Shown here: positions 25,480 through 36,501 of the stretch, in pieces
Layout of the letters: every line of letters starts with the position of its first letter
Numbering within the stretch: position 1 is the stretch's first letter
Origin: Mustelus asterias
Taxonomy: Eukaryota
Length of the DNA stretch: 64,000 nucleotides
NCBI RefSeq assembly: GCF_964213995.1
Contig: NC_135816.1
Span: 46,748,001 to 46,812,000 of the forward strand
Direction of reading: 5' to 3'
Position numbers and translations under genes: made by a program
The notes under the pieces: generated by a model
Told to the model about the DNA's origin: nothing
The model's input: the letters and a program-made list of their open reading frames with translations, nothing else
The model's database searches: none

Positions 25480-26166
25480 TCATCGTTAATGTACGAGGGT
25501 GGGCGGAACGGCTCAAATATGTTTGTAAAAAGAAGAATTCGCCCTCCCACCCATGCAATGGAAAACACTCCTGATATGTAAGGACAAAGGACAGAAATCG
25601 GAGTGGTACAAAGGACACAGTGATCACTTGGTGAAAATAATATATGACTTGTCTAAGGGGAATTACAATGCAAGCAGTGTGTGTGTGTGTGTGTGTGGTG
25701 GGGGGGGGGGGGGGGGAGGTGGATGTGTGCGAGGATGTGCGAGTGTCCGTGTGTGATTGCACGGCACTTTGATGAAATCACGCTCTTTCTGGAGAGTAAT
25801 AGGTACAGAAGAGGAGGGAAAGATCCTCGGAGGGAGCACACGACAAGACAGCACGACAGCAGCTTCAGGTTGACAGGTCAGTTAATCGGTGGCCACATCA
25901 CTGCAGAGCTGGATGATTTCCATTCTCGCTTAAGCCCCCCCCCCTCCCCAATTCCCCCTCTCCCCCCACTCCCCAAGCCCCCCACCCCCACCCCACCAGC
26001 CCCACATGATGTTTTGATCTAATCTGTTCAATCCATTATAATCCAGTTTGACAAAAGGTCAGTACTGATGCCTGTGTAATTGTCAGTCGATGCCTGTTAC
26101 CTTCTTGGCTGATGTCTGGCTCTTTGAGGGTGAATGAATCAGATTTAGCAGATGCTTATTCTACAG
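25480..26166 (+). promoter_or_regulatory. Putative sncb promoter, non-coding exon 1 and intron 1
   Basis: Locally CpG-enriched unique sequence with a GC box near 25500 and a (GT)n/poly-G tract. Candidate donor AG|GTCAGT near 25876. The acceptor TTATTCTACAG| at 26166 lies 26 nt before the ATG, as in synuclein genes with a non-coding first exon. Confidence 0.5.
25677..25716. repeat. (GT)10 microsatellite fused to a poly-G run
   Basis: Directly visible in the sequence. Confidence 0.9.
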
Positions 26167-26177
26167 TGTTCCACTGA

Positions 26178-26345
<168 letters not shown>

Positions 26346-26817
26346 TAATGGAAGAGAAGTGTCGCCTCTTCCACAGCCACGCAGTGAAACCTTCCCTTCG
26401 CATAGTGGCTGGACGGCTGAGTTTTTACAGTCGCGGCATTATAATGGTCCTTTTTTAAAAAATACATCGAATATTAGAAATACAAATTAACCGTAAAAGT
26501 AAACGGGGAAAGGTTTAATCTGGAGGGATCGACCCACTCTCCACCCAGGGCTGCTCTCGTTGTTGGCTCGGGTCTGCTCTGATTTCCGCTAAGCAGATGG
26601 ACCAGCCATATGGCACTCTCCTCTCAGCCCAGGGGAAAATATCCTCTTCCCAAGGATGTGGCATCCACGCACGGCTGTCGTTAACAAAAAAAAAGGCAAA
26701 GACCCATCGTGACACTTCGCAAGAAATGTTCAATTCGCGCGAAATCGTTTGTAAAATGATGAATTCAGACATTTGCCCCCAGGATAACCGTGTTTTATCA
26801 TCAATCTCTATCCTTAG

Positions 26818-26856
26818 GGTCCAAAACCAAAGAAGGCGTTTCAAGTGTCGTTTCAG
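26818..26856 (+). CDS. sncb: Beta-synuclein, second coding exon (G-SKTKEGVSSVVS-V)
   Basis: CCTTAG|GG TCC AAA ACC AAA GAA GGC GTT ... TCA G|GTAAGT. 39 nt, phase 1-1. Confidence 0.9.
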
Positions 26857-27354
26857 GTAAGTCCCCCATGAATGTTTACATAATCCAGTAATTGAAATGT
26901 GCAACCATGCAGTTGTTGGTACTCGCTTCCACCCGTGTACCGAAATCAGAGGCTTTCTGTGTTCGCTATCGAGAGGCTGATGTGTGATGTTGGTTCTGCA
27001 TCGGTTAGATTCGAGGACGGAAAGAAATCAATTCATTAACACCAACAGCCCTTACAGTAACGTGACGTGAAACTCGAGAGGATTTATCGGAAGTCTAGCT
27101 TGCCCTTACATTGTACCTGTAGCTGATTAAGTAACTTGTCATCCTGTACATCCGTGAACTGCAACGGTGTGTTGCAAAGGGTGAAGTTAAATGCGCGAAT
27201 AATTGTCACTGCAATAAGGTGAAACGCTTCTCAGCAAAATTGACTCATTGCTGTGTTAACCTGACTTTTACAATGAAGTTGTGAACACGTACAAAAGTTT
27301 AGAATTGCCATGTGCGAAGTTAACGTATGAATACGTTATATCTTGGGTATTGCT

Positions 27355-27540
27355 GAAAAATACATTTTGTCGAAGCTTTTGGTCTTCCACTCATCAGGAC
27401 AATTGCAAGAATACCAATGTCAGGGGAAAGAACAACTTTATACTGTATGAGAAGAGAGTGATGGTGGGTTGGCAGGTGGAAATCAGTATTCTTTTGAGTC
27501 CTGATGAGTGTGAGATAAAAGCTTTGACAAAATGTCTTTT
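27355..27540. mobile_element. Second family of Penelope-like fold-back relic with decayed hammerhead cores
   Basis: Inverted arms read GTC-CTGATGA-GTG...AAAAGCTT(C/T)-GAC at 27369-27400 (-) and 27498-27528 (+). The GAAA is mutated in both. Confidence 0.55.
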
Positions 27541-28022
27541 AGACCAACACTCAAGTTCTGTACTACCAAATGACCACTTAATATTATTTATTTAGTTTGC
27601 TATTTTATGGGAAGGATTATCCATTTAAAAGAAACAGGTTATAAAGTCTCTTTGTTTTTTTTTAATACATTAACATAAATGTCAAAGAACAAAGAACAAA
27701 GAAAAGTACAGCACAGGAAAAGACCCTTTGGCCCTCCAACCCTGTGCTAATCATGATGCTCTAACTAAACTAAAACTTCTACCCTTACTCGGACCGAAAG
27801 AACAATTACTCAGACAAAAAGAACAAAATCCTACATGTCATACATGTAGGTTTGAAGAACATGTCGGACTAATTTTAATTGCCCATTTGTTCGTATCACA
27901 TCCAGTAATTACTGAGCTGTCGCTTTCAGGAATAATGTAATTTTGATTGATATAAGATTACCAAGAGACTTGTTAATAATTCAAACCTGCAGTTATACTG
28001 CACATACTGGTCCAAAACCATT

Positions 28023-29331
28023 GGGCCTGATTTTACCATTTTCATTCTAAGTGCTGAATCTGGGCGCAATTCAGATGCGACTTGGAAATCTGCTTTCAGG
28101 CGCCCCATACGCACTTAGCCTGAAAAAAAATCGCGTGTCTGAATTGCACTGTGGGGGGGGGGGGGGGGGCTTAGCACGCCCAAAACGATCGGAGCTCTGA
28201 ACTGCGCATGCGCAGTTAGAAAACAATTTGAAAAAGCGCACCCAAGTCAGATTGCTCCCGAGCTGCAGAAAGCGGAGAAAGCAGCCCGGAAGCAAAACGC
28301 GGGAGCGATGGCCCCCACAGATATCACTGTCCCCCTTATCCGCCCCGCCCCCCGCTACCCAGACTGAACGTGACCCCCTGCCCCCTTCCCCCACACCGAT
28401 CGCCCGCAGAGTGGCAGCGGACCCCCCCACCAGAGATCCATTTCAACCCCCCCCCCCACCAGTGAGCAGTCGGGCCTTCCCCCTCCGAGATACATCTTTT
28501 ACCTGCCTCCCTCCTCCTTCCCCAAGAATGATCTGGCCTCACTCCCCACCCCCCCAGAGGAACATCTGACCCGCCTCCTCCTCCCTCCCCACCCCCTCAC
28601 CAGAGAATAACCTGGCCCACCTCCCTCTTCCAACCAGATAATGATCGGCCCTCCAACCACCCCCCATTAGACAATGGTCGGCCCTACCCCCCCACCCCCC
28701 ACCACAGACAACGGTCGCCCCCCCCACCCCCCCACCAGACAACGATCAGCTCGCCCCTGCTCAACCAGACAATGATCTGGCCTCACTCCCCCTCACCCCC
28801 CCTAGAGAATGATCTGGCCTCACTCCCCCCCGCCCCCCGAGAATGATCTGATCTCACTCCCCTCCCCCCCCCCCCCAACCAGAGAATGATCTGGCCTCAC
28901 CACCCCTCCCTCCCCCCACAGGGAATGCTCTGACCCGCCTCCTTCCTCCTTCCTCCTTCCCACCACTGATCTGAGTCAGAGAGCCGTTGGAAGCACTGAA
29001 CTCGCCTCTTCAGCAGCTGGAGCACCCGATTCAGACTTTAATTCAGCAGGTCCATTTCGGCCCGATTCCAGATCGGTGAATGCGGTGGTAAAGGGGGAAA
29101 TGCTGAGAAAGTTGGGCGGGCAGTTCATTAATTCAATTTAAATGCATGCAAATGCATTTAAATCGCCGTTGCACCTGTTTCAGACACAAATCGGATTACG
29201 GCCATTCCCGGGTCTCAGTAAAGTGGTCATCTGCACGGACGCGGGCACGGATCACGTTAATGGCCTCACACCCGACTTTACCATGTTTTCGCACCCGAAA
29301 ATGGGCGCGATGCAATGGTAAAATAAGGCCC
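28023..29331. mobile_element. Non-autonomous DNA transposon, PIF/Harbinger-like
   Basis: TIRs GGGCCTGATTTTACCATT / AATGGTAAAATAAGGCCC, 3-bp TSD ATT, and internal C-rich ~38-bp tandem units. Confidence 0.8.
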
Positions 29332-29394
29332 ATTGTGTGCTCAAATGGTTGTAGTACGATAATTATATATTAAACATTTCCATTTAAGTACTTG

Positions 29395-30560
29395 CTAAGG
29401 TCTTTGACAAGGTACAGCGGTTGTTGCATGAGGTTAAATGATACGGGATCCAGGGTGAGGTAGCTAAATGGATACAAAATTGGCTTGATGACAGAAGCCA
29501 GAGGGTGGTTGTAGAGGGTTGTCTTTCAAACTGGAGGCTTGCGACCAGCAGTGTGCCTCAGGGATCAGTGCTGGGTCCACTGTTATTTGTCATTTATATA
29601 AATGATTTGGATGAGAATATAGGAGGCATGGCTAGTAAGTTAGCAGATGACACCAAGATTGGTGGCATAGTGGACAGCAAAGAAAGTTATCTCGGATTGC
29701 AATGGGATCTTGATCAATTGGGCCAGTGGGCTGATGAATGGCAGATGGAGTTTAATTTAGATAAATGCGAGATGATGCATTTTGGTAGATTGAATCAGGA
29801 CAGGACTTACTCAGTTAATAGTAGGGCATTGGGGAGAGTTACAGAACAAGGAGATCTAAGGGTACATGTTCATAGCTCCTTGAAAGTGGAGTCACAGGTG
29901 GACAGAATGGTGAAGAAGGCATTCAGCATGCTTGGTTTCATTGGTTAGAACATTGAATACAGGAGTTGGGCCATCTTGTTGAAGTTGTACAAGACATTGG
30001 TAAGGCCACACTTGGAATACTGTTTACAGTTCTGGTCACCCTATTATAGAAAGGATAATATTAAACTAGAAAGAGTGCAGAAAAAAATTACTAGGATGCT
30101 ACTGGGACTTGATGGTTTGAGTTATAAGGAGAGGCTGGATAGACTGGGACTTTTTTCTCTGGAGCGTAGAGGGCTGAGGGGTGATCTTATAGAGGTCTAT
30201 AAAATAATGAGGGACATAGATCAGCTAGATAGTCAATATCTTTTCCCAAAGGTAGGGCTGTCTAAAACTAGAGGGCATAGGTTTAAGGTGAGAGGGGAGA
30301 GATACAAAAGTGTCCAGAGGGGCAATTTTTTCACACAGAGGGTGGTGAGTGTCTGGAACAAGCTGCTAGAGGCTGTTGTAGAGGCGGGAACAATTTTGTC
30401 TTTTAAAAAGCATGTAGGCAGTTACATGGGTAAGATGGATATAGAGGGATATGGGCCAAATGCGGGCAATTTGGTCTAGCTTTGGGGTTTAAAAAAAAGG
30501 GTGGCATGGATAAGTTGAGCCGAAAGGCCTGTTTCCATGCTGTAAATCTCTATGACTCTA
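29395..30560 (+). mobile_element. 5'-truncated CR1 LINE
   Basis: VPQGSVLGP...LADDTK and VRPHLEY...FFTQRVV frames with an internal stop; 3' end CTCTATGACTCTA. Confidence 0.92.
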
Positions 30561-31868
30561 GGTACTTATGTGGCGGGGAAGGATGCTGCTAAGGTGGTAA
30601 TCTGGCCAATTCAGGGTACAGACCTACAAACATACAATGATGTCCATAATTGGCAATCACACCAAAAGCAAGTGGAAATATAAAATCAGGAATAAATTGT
30701 TGATAATAATGAAAAAAATGTTTTCAGGATGCTTCATGGCTGAGTTGCAATTTTAGGCTGAACATTTCTATGCACCCCGAGTCCAGAGTTATAATGCCTC
30801 CTGCAAATTGAAAAGTGGTGCCTTTTGTCACCTGGAATTTTATTTCTCCTACTTTCATGCACCACAGAATTAGAATTGACTCCATGACTTTGCTGCATAG
30901 AATCATAAAAGTAACAGTATGACTACAATCTAAAAAGACTATGCAGAAATTGCACTGACATAATGTTTCGAATATAGCAAATAAAAACATCCTGAATGGT
31001 GCACCAAGTTCTATCTCTAAAGGGATATGAGTTTTCTTTCATGTACATTCTACATTCTTATTAAAAATAAACACAATGCTACAATGTGTTCTATATCTTA
31101 TGTCTGCTGCTTGGACCAGCGTGCAGTTGTTTGTGGTCAGAGTGACTGAAAGAAAAGCGAAAAGGAAAACAAAATTGTTTGATTAAATCGTAAGTGGGGG
31201 TTTTTTTTGGAAGGAAGAGGACATGATATTTTTGGATAATTATGGGACAACATAATTGCACTCAGTGTACTGACCAACTGCTGAATTTTACTGATGTAAG
31301 GAAGCAACTTTTCCTGAAATTCTAGATACAAAATTGCTATACTCAAACCCCAATTGAAAGATCTGGATGACGACCATCTCACCATAATAATAATTACATT
31401 CACAGTGTTTTTGAAACAGTTGAAAGATGTCATATTGACCACGTTAGACTGTTCAAGCTGTGGACCATGTAATTCTGAAATTGATACAGATGTGCACAAT
31501 CACAACCCTATCTTTTGTGTATTCGCACTGCATGGTGTTCAAGGGTAGAACTTTCCAGTTAAAAATGATAGCACTTCACAATAGAAGGTCAGACAATTTG
31601 TTTAAAATATTCCTGCATTCATACATTAATTCTAATTTTCTCCACACTGAAGTTAACTTACATTAAAATCAAACACTCCACAGTGAATCCGGGCTTGCAT
31701 TCAAGAAACGGTTAGAGGATTATTTTATTTAAATCCCACAAAAGGTATTGATTCAATTTAAGCATTTAATTTTAAATTGACTTGAAAAGTGGCATTGAAA
31801 AGAAGGAATTGAAATAAGTAAAGTCTCCTTTGAATAGGAGTCAAAGTATACTGATGCTTGCTTTTTAG

Positions 31869-32020
31869 TCGCTGAGAAGACAAAGGAGCAGGCCTCGTTG
31901 GTGGGTGGCGCAGTTATCACTGGGGTCTCAGCTGTGGCTCAGAAGACAGTGGATGGAGCTGGGAGCATTGCAGCTGCCACCGGTCTGGTGAAAAAGGAAG
32001 ATTTCCCATCTGAACTAAAG
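31869..32020 (+). CDS. sncb: Beta-synuclein, third coding exon ([51 protein letters not shown])
   Basis: TTTTTAG| ... AAG|GTAAGC, 152 nt. The end [14 protein letters not shown] matches beta-synuclein TGLVKREEFPTDLK rather than alpha TGFVKKDQLGK. Confidence 0.93.
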
Positions 32021-33114
32021 GTAAGCCTTCATCAAACATGCCCACCTCATCCTCTGCTGCTGTAATCATACAGCAAACCATCCTGATTTAACTCACTTTG
32101 TACGCTTGTTTTCAGAAAACATATAAACAGACTGAAGATCTTAATTTTACTTAGATTTTAATATTAACAAGCTGTTTTAAATGCCTCAGGATTTGAGATA
32201 TACTCTTCCTAATAATTTCCAATATAGGCAAGAATTTGCGTAGAAATTCAATGGGTCTAAATTTGGCTGTGTAGTACCACTTTTTAAGGCACACTGCGGT
32301 CATCTAACACTCAAAGTTGGGGTCGGAGAAACATGAACTGACCTTTAATGGGAAATGGACAGAATTCCATCCTAGTAAAAGGGGTTTGTGCATGCACATC
32401 AAATGACTATTCGCAGCATGAAGAGCAGGTAAATTAGATGTCTATCAGTGTTTAACACAAATTTGACACCATCACTGCCATTTCCAAACTTCATATTTTG
32501 ATCAATACCCAACGCAGCAGAACAACCAATTCCCTGCCTTAACCTGGCACAGCAGAGCATGACTTAAAATGGACTGAAGGCTCCACCCCCTGCCACTTCT
32601 TTCAAATCTGTGCTATTTAAAGGGATCATGACCCACCTACAGATTCATTGCTGGATTATTTCTTAGTGTATTCACACTGGTTGTTGGTGCAATTGTACTT
32701 GTTTTTGGAACATTGCTATATTTGACTAAAGTTTGAATCGTGTTCAGGTGCTGTATATCCTTTGCCCCAGTACTCCTGGAAAACGTTTGTTTCCCCACTG
32801 GCTGCAGGTTAGGTGCTAGAAGATTGCTAAGGCTTCAATAGGGAAGACTGCAGATGACGTTAGACAGCGACCTCAAGCTGCTTTGTGCCAAGAGGACCCA
32901 AATTCTGGCTGTACTATCTCGGTCTGGCCTGCAGCAGTCAGGTCTGGCTGGCTGATGGGGAACAGCGAGGGCACTGGCAGATTGACTGCAATAGAAACAC
33001 AAATACTGAAATTCTGCAAATGGATGACAGGTTTGTGCTCCATCAAGCCACTGCCACTATTCCGAGGAGCTGCCTCATCAATGATACTGATTTATTGGCA
33101 GACAGATTGATGGA

Positions 33115-34130
33115 CTACAGTGACATCCTGAAAGCCCCTTTGATAAAGGTATTCAGAGTCACAATGGCAGCAGTCTCAGCTTGCAAGGCAACATTCTGAC
33201 CTTCCAGTGAAGCATTCAGACGATTGACATTAGTTGTTTGTGCTGTACTGGAACCTATTTGTGTGGCAATGCAATCTTTGACATCAACCATCAGACTCTG
33301 CATCACGGTGAATTCCACAATGCTGCTGGAAGTGACCGCTCATTCATGTTGGGAGGGGCGACTTCATGTTTTGCTCAACCTTGTGTCAAGTTGATACTGA
33401 ACTCTTCCATTCTTCTTGACATTGAGTGCTGGCAACAAACATTTGATTTTACATACTCATTAACCTTCTTCAGTGGCCAGACCCATCAAAGCCCTCATCG
33501 TCTGCAGTGAACTAGCGGTGATCTTGCATCCTCCCTATTCTTTCTCCTGTCCTCGCGCTGAATGATTTACTCCTGGTGTCAAACCATCTGCAGATCCCTA
33601 CTCTATGCTGGTCTCTAAATTACATATAGTGTCAGTATCTGGTGGTCATAAGTGTAAAATTAGGAGACAGTATCTCGTCATCTTCACTGTATCCATCCTC
33701 TTCTTCCTCTGACTGGGATGGTTCCAGTTCTTGGTATCTATAAAGGAACTTGGGCTGAGTTGTGATGAGGAAAGAGGAGAAAATACGAATTGCATGCTCA
33801 CATCATCTGAAACTTGTAATTCAGAAAATGTTATCTGATCAGGGGGTGGTGGGACAAGAGGGAGATTAAGTATGCAGCTACCCTCATCATCAGTCTTCAC
33901 CTTAACAGCATGTTTGAGATTGTTAAACATCTTCTTTGCAATGCACCCATGTTCTTGGGGCAAAACTCCTGGCATTAATGTCTGCCACTAACTCTTCCCA
34001 CTCCCTCCTGACCATATGGCTGGTGGACCTCCTATCCCACAAAGATGTTTCTCCTCCTTTCCACCTCCCACAGTAAGGCCACCAGTATACTATCCAAAAA
34101 CCTTGGTGCCCACTCTCTGCCATGTTCAGC
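33115..34130 (-). pseudogene. Decayed Myb/SANT-like gene, probably from a PIF/Harbinger transposon
   Basis: Joining two frames gives RREWEELVADINARSFAPRTWVHC/KKMFNNLK, a Myb/SANT-like (trihelix) signature, followed by a coiled-coil-like segment. Frameshifted. Confidence 0.55.
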
Positions 34131-36132
34131 CATTCCTCAAAGCATCACAGCCTAGATTCACTATTGAAAAAAAAATCACATCAATTCTTGCAATCACCAT
34201 GCACATTCATTAAAAGACACGCAGGCTGCTTTGAAATATCGCTGGCCAGTCACGCTGATGCATGAAGCCAATGTACACACACGTTGAGCTCGCTGACTGC
34301 AGCTATCTTTTTAAAGCACAATTTAACATGCGCCAGCAGTACAATGAACCAATGTGGGTTAATCTCCTTGCCCATTTTTGGGTGTCGTTCGATATCACCT
34401 CTAAATAATTCTATCAATTCCCTCCTAAAATCCTTATTCGTAAAATCTTATTTTCCATCCAAGGATAGGTCTTGGTGAGTTTTAAGTTTATAGAAAAATA
34501 TTGAGTCTTCTTCAAATTATGAACTCGAAGGACTGTCTGCTGCACAACGCAGTGGTATTAAATATGTTATACCACAGAGTAACAGGATGTCATGTTTTGG
34601 GCCTGATTATTTACAATGTGGGTTCGCAGTCTTGGTTAGGTTTTCTGGAGATGGGATGGGTTCACACTTTCTAATAGCTGCTAGATACTGAATGCACTGA
34701 GGAAATAATGAAAAAAGGGACCTAAAAGAGGGTAGAATTAATGACTTTTTAAAAATTGTTATAATTGAAGGACAACATGGAGTGCACAGGCCTTGCCTGT
34801 TTATTGGCAAATCATACAGGAATAATAAGGCCGCAACCTTTCCAGTCATTCACACAATGCTCCCGCAGCAGCGCCCAGTCAAACCTCCGTTCACTGCAGC
34901 GGGAAGGGAAAATCACACCGTACCATTCCAGCCCAAGACTTTTAAGGAAGCGGTTTTTGTGGAATAGCTTTGATCAAGTGGGGTAAAACTAAGTGACCCA
35001 AGGTGACATTTTATCTGGACAAAAATAGATTTGGTGCCCTCATTCATAATCTATATATGAAATGGAACACATGGACGGAAGTTTGCAGCTCAACGCAGTG
35101 AGAGCTGGGCCGGAAAATGTAGCGAGCCATTCAAAACTCCATTGACTTCAGCGGGACTGGAAAATCCCGCTGCCCATAATATTGAAACATACGACTTCAG
35201 GAATGTCAGTCATGTGTCACTGTAATAAGGTTCCTTAATACTTCTCAAATTGTTAGGAAGTCATTTAACCAGTTTAAATAATGGAATGTTTGGTGAGCAA
35301 GTTGTGTCTGAAATGACAGACTCTTTACAACAAATGAGAGTGATTAAGGGTTAAGAGATTAAGGGATTAATCCAGCAGGATTAAGGAAAATCCCAAGGCT
35401 TTTTATACATATATAAAGAGCAAGAGGGTAGCCAGGGAGAGGGTTGGCCCACTCAGGGACAGGGGAGGGAATCTATGCATGGAACCAGAGGAAATGGGCG
35501 AGGTATTAAATGAGCACTTTGCATCAGTATTCACCAAAGAGAAGGACTTGGTGGATGATACGTCTAGGAAAGGGTGTGTAGACAGTTTGAGTCATGTTGA
35601 GATCAAAAAGGAGGAGATATTGGGGTTCTTGAGAAACATTAAGGTAGACAAGTCCCCAGGGGCTGATGGGATATACTCCAGACTACTGAGAGAGGCAAAG
35701 GAGGAAATTGCTGGGGCCTTAAGAGAAATCTTTGTATCCTCACTGGCTACAGGGGAGAATAGCCAATGTTGTTCCTTTGTTTAAGAAGGGTAGCAAGAAT
35801 AATCCAGGTAATTACAGGCTGGTGAGCCTTATGTCAGTGGTAGGGAAATTATTGGAGAGGATTCTTCGAGACAAGATTTACTCCCATTTGGAAATAAGTG
35901 GACGTATTCACGAGAGGCAACATGGTTTTGTGAAGGGGAGGTCGTGTCTCACTAACTTGATTGAGTTTTTCGAGGAAGTGACGAAGATGATTGATGAATG
36001 TAGGGCAGTGGATGTTGTCTACATGGACTTCAGTAAGGCCTTTGAAAAGGTCCCTCATGGCAGACTGGTGCAGAAGGTGAAATCGCATGGGATCAGAGGT
36101 GAGCTGGTGGATACAGAACTGGCTCGGTCATA

Positions 36133-36296
36133 AAACAGTAAGAAGTCTCACAACACCAGGTTAAAGTCCAACAGCTTTATTTAGTAGCACAAGCACAAGT
36201 GACTTGTGCTACCAAATAAACCTGTTGGACTTTAATCTGGTGTTGTGAGACTTCTTACTGTGCTTACCCCAGTCCAACGCCGGCATCTCCACATCA
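36133..36296 (+). mobile_element. Penelope-derived fold-back element inserted in CR1
   Basis: Same arms and tail. TSD TCGGTCATA (36124-36132, 36297-36305); removing the insert restores the CR1 sequence. Confidence 0.88.
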
Positions 36297-36501
36297 TCGG
36301 TCATAGAAGACAGAGGGTAGCAGTGGAAGGGTGCATTTCGAGATGGAGGACTGTGACAAGTGGCGTTCCTCAGGGATCAGTGCTGGGACCTTTGCTATTT
36401 GTAATATATATATAAATGATTTGGAGCAAAATGTACCTGGTTTGATTAGTAAGTTTGCGGACGACACAAAGGTTGGTGGATTTGCGGGTAGCGATGAGGA
36501 C

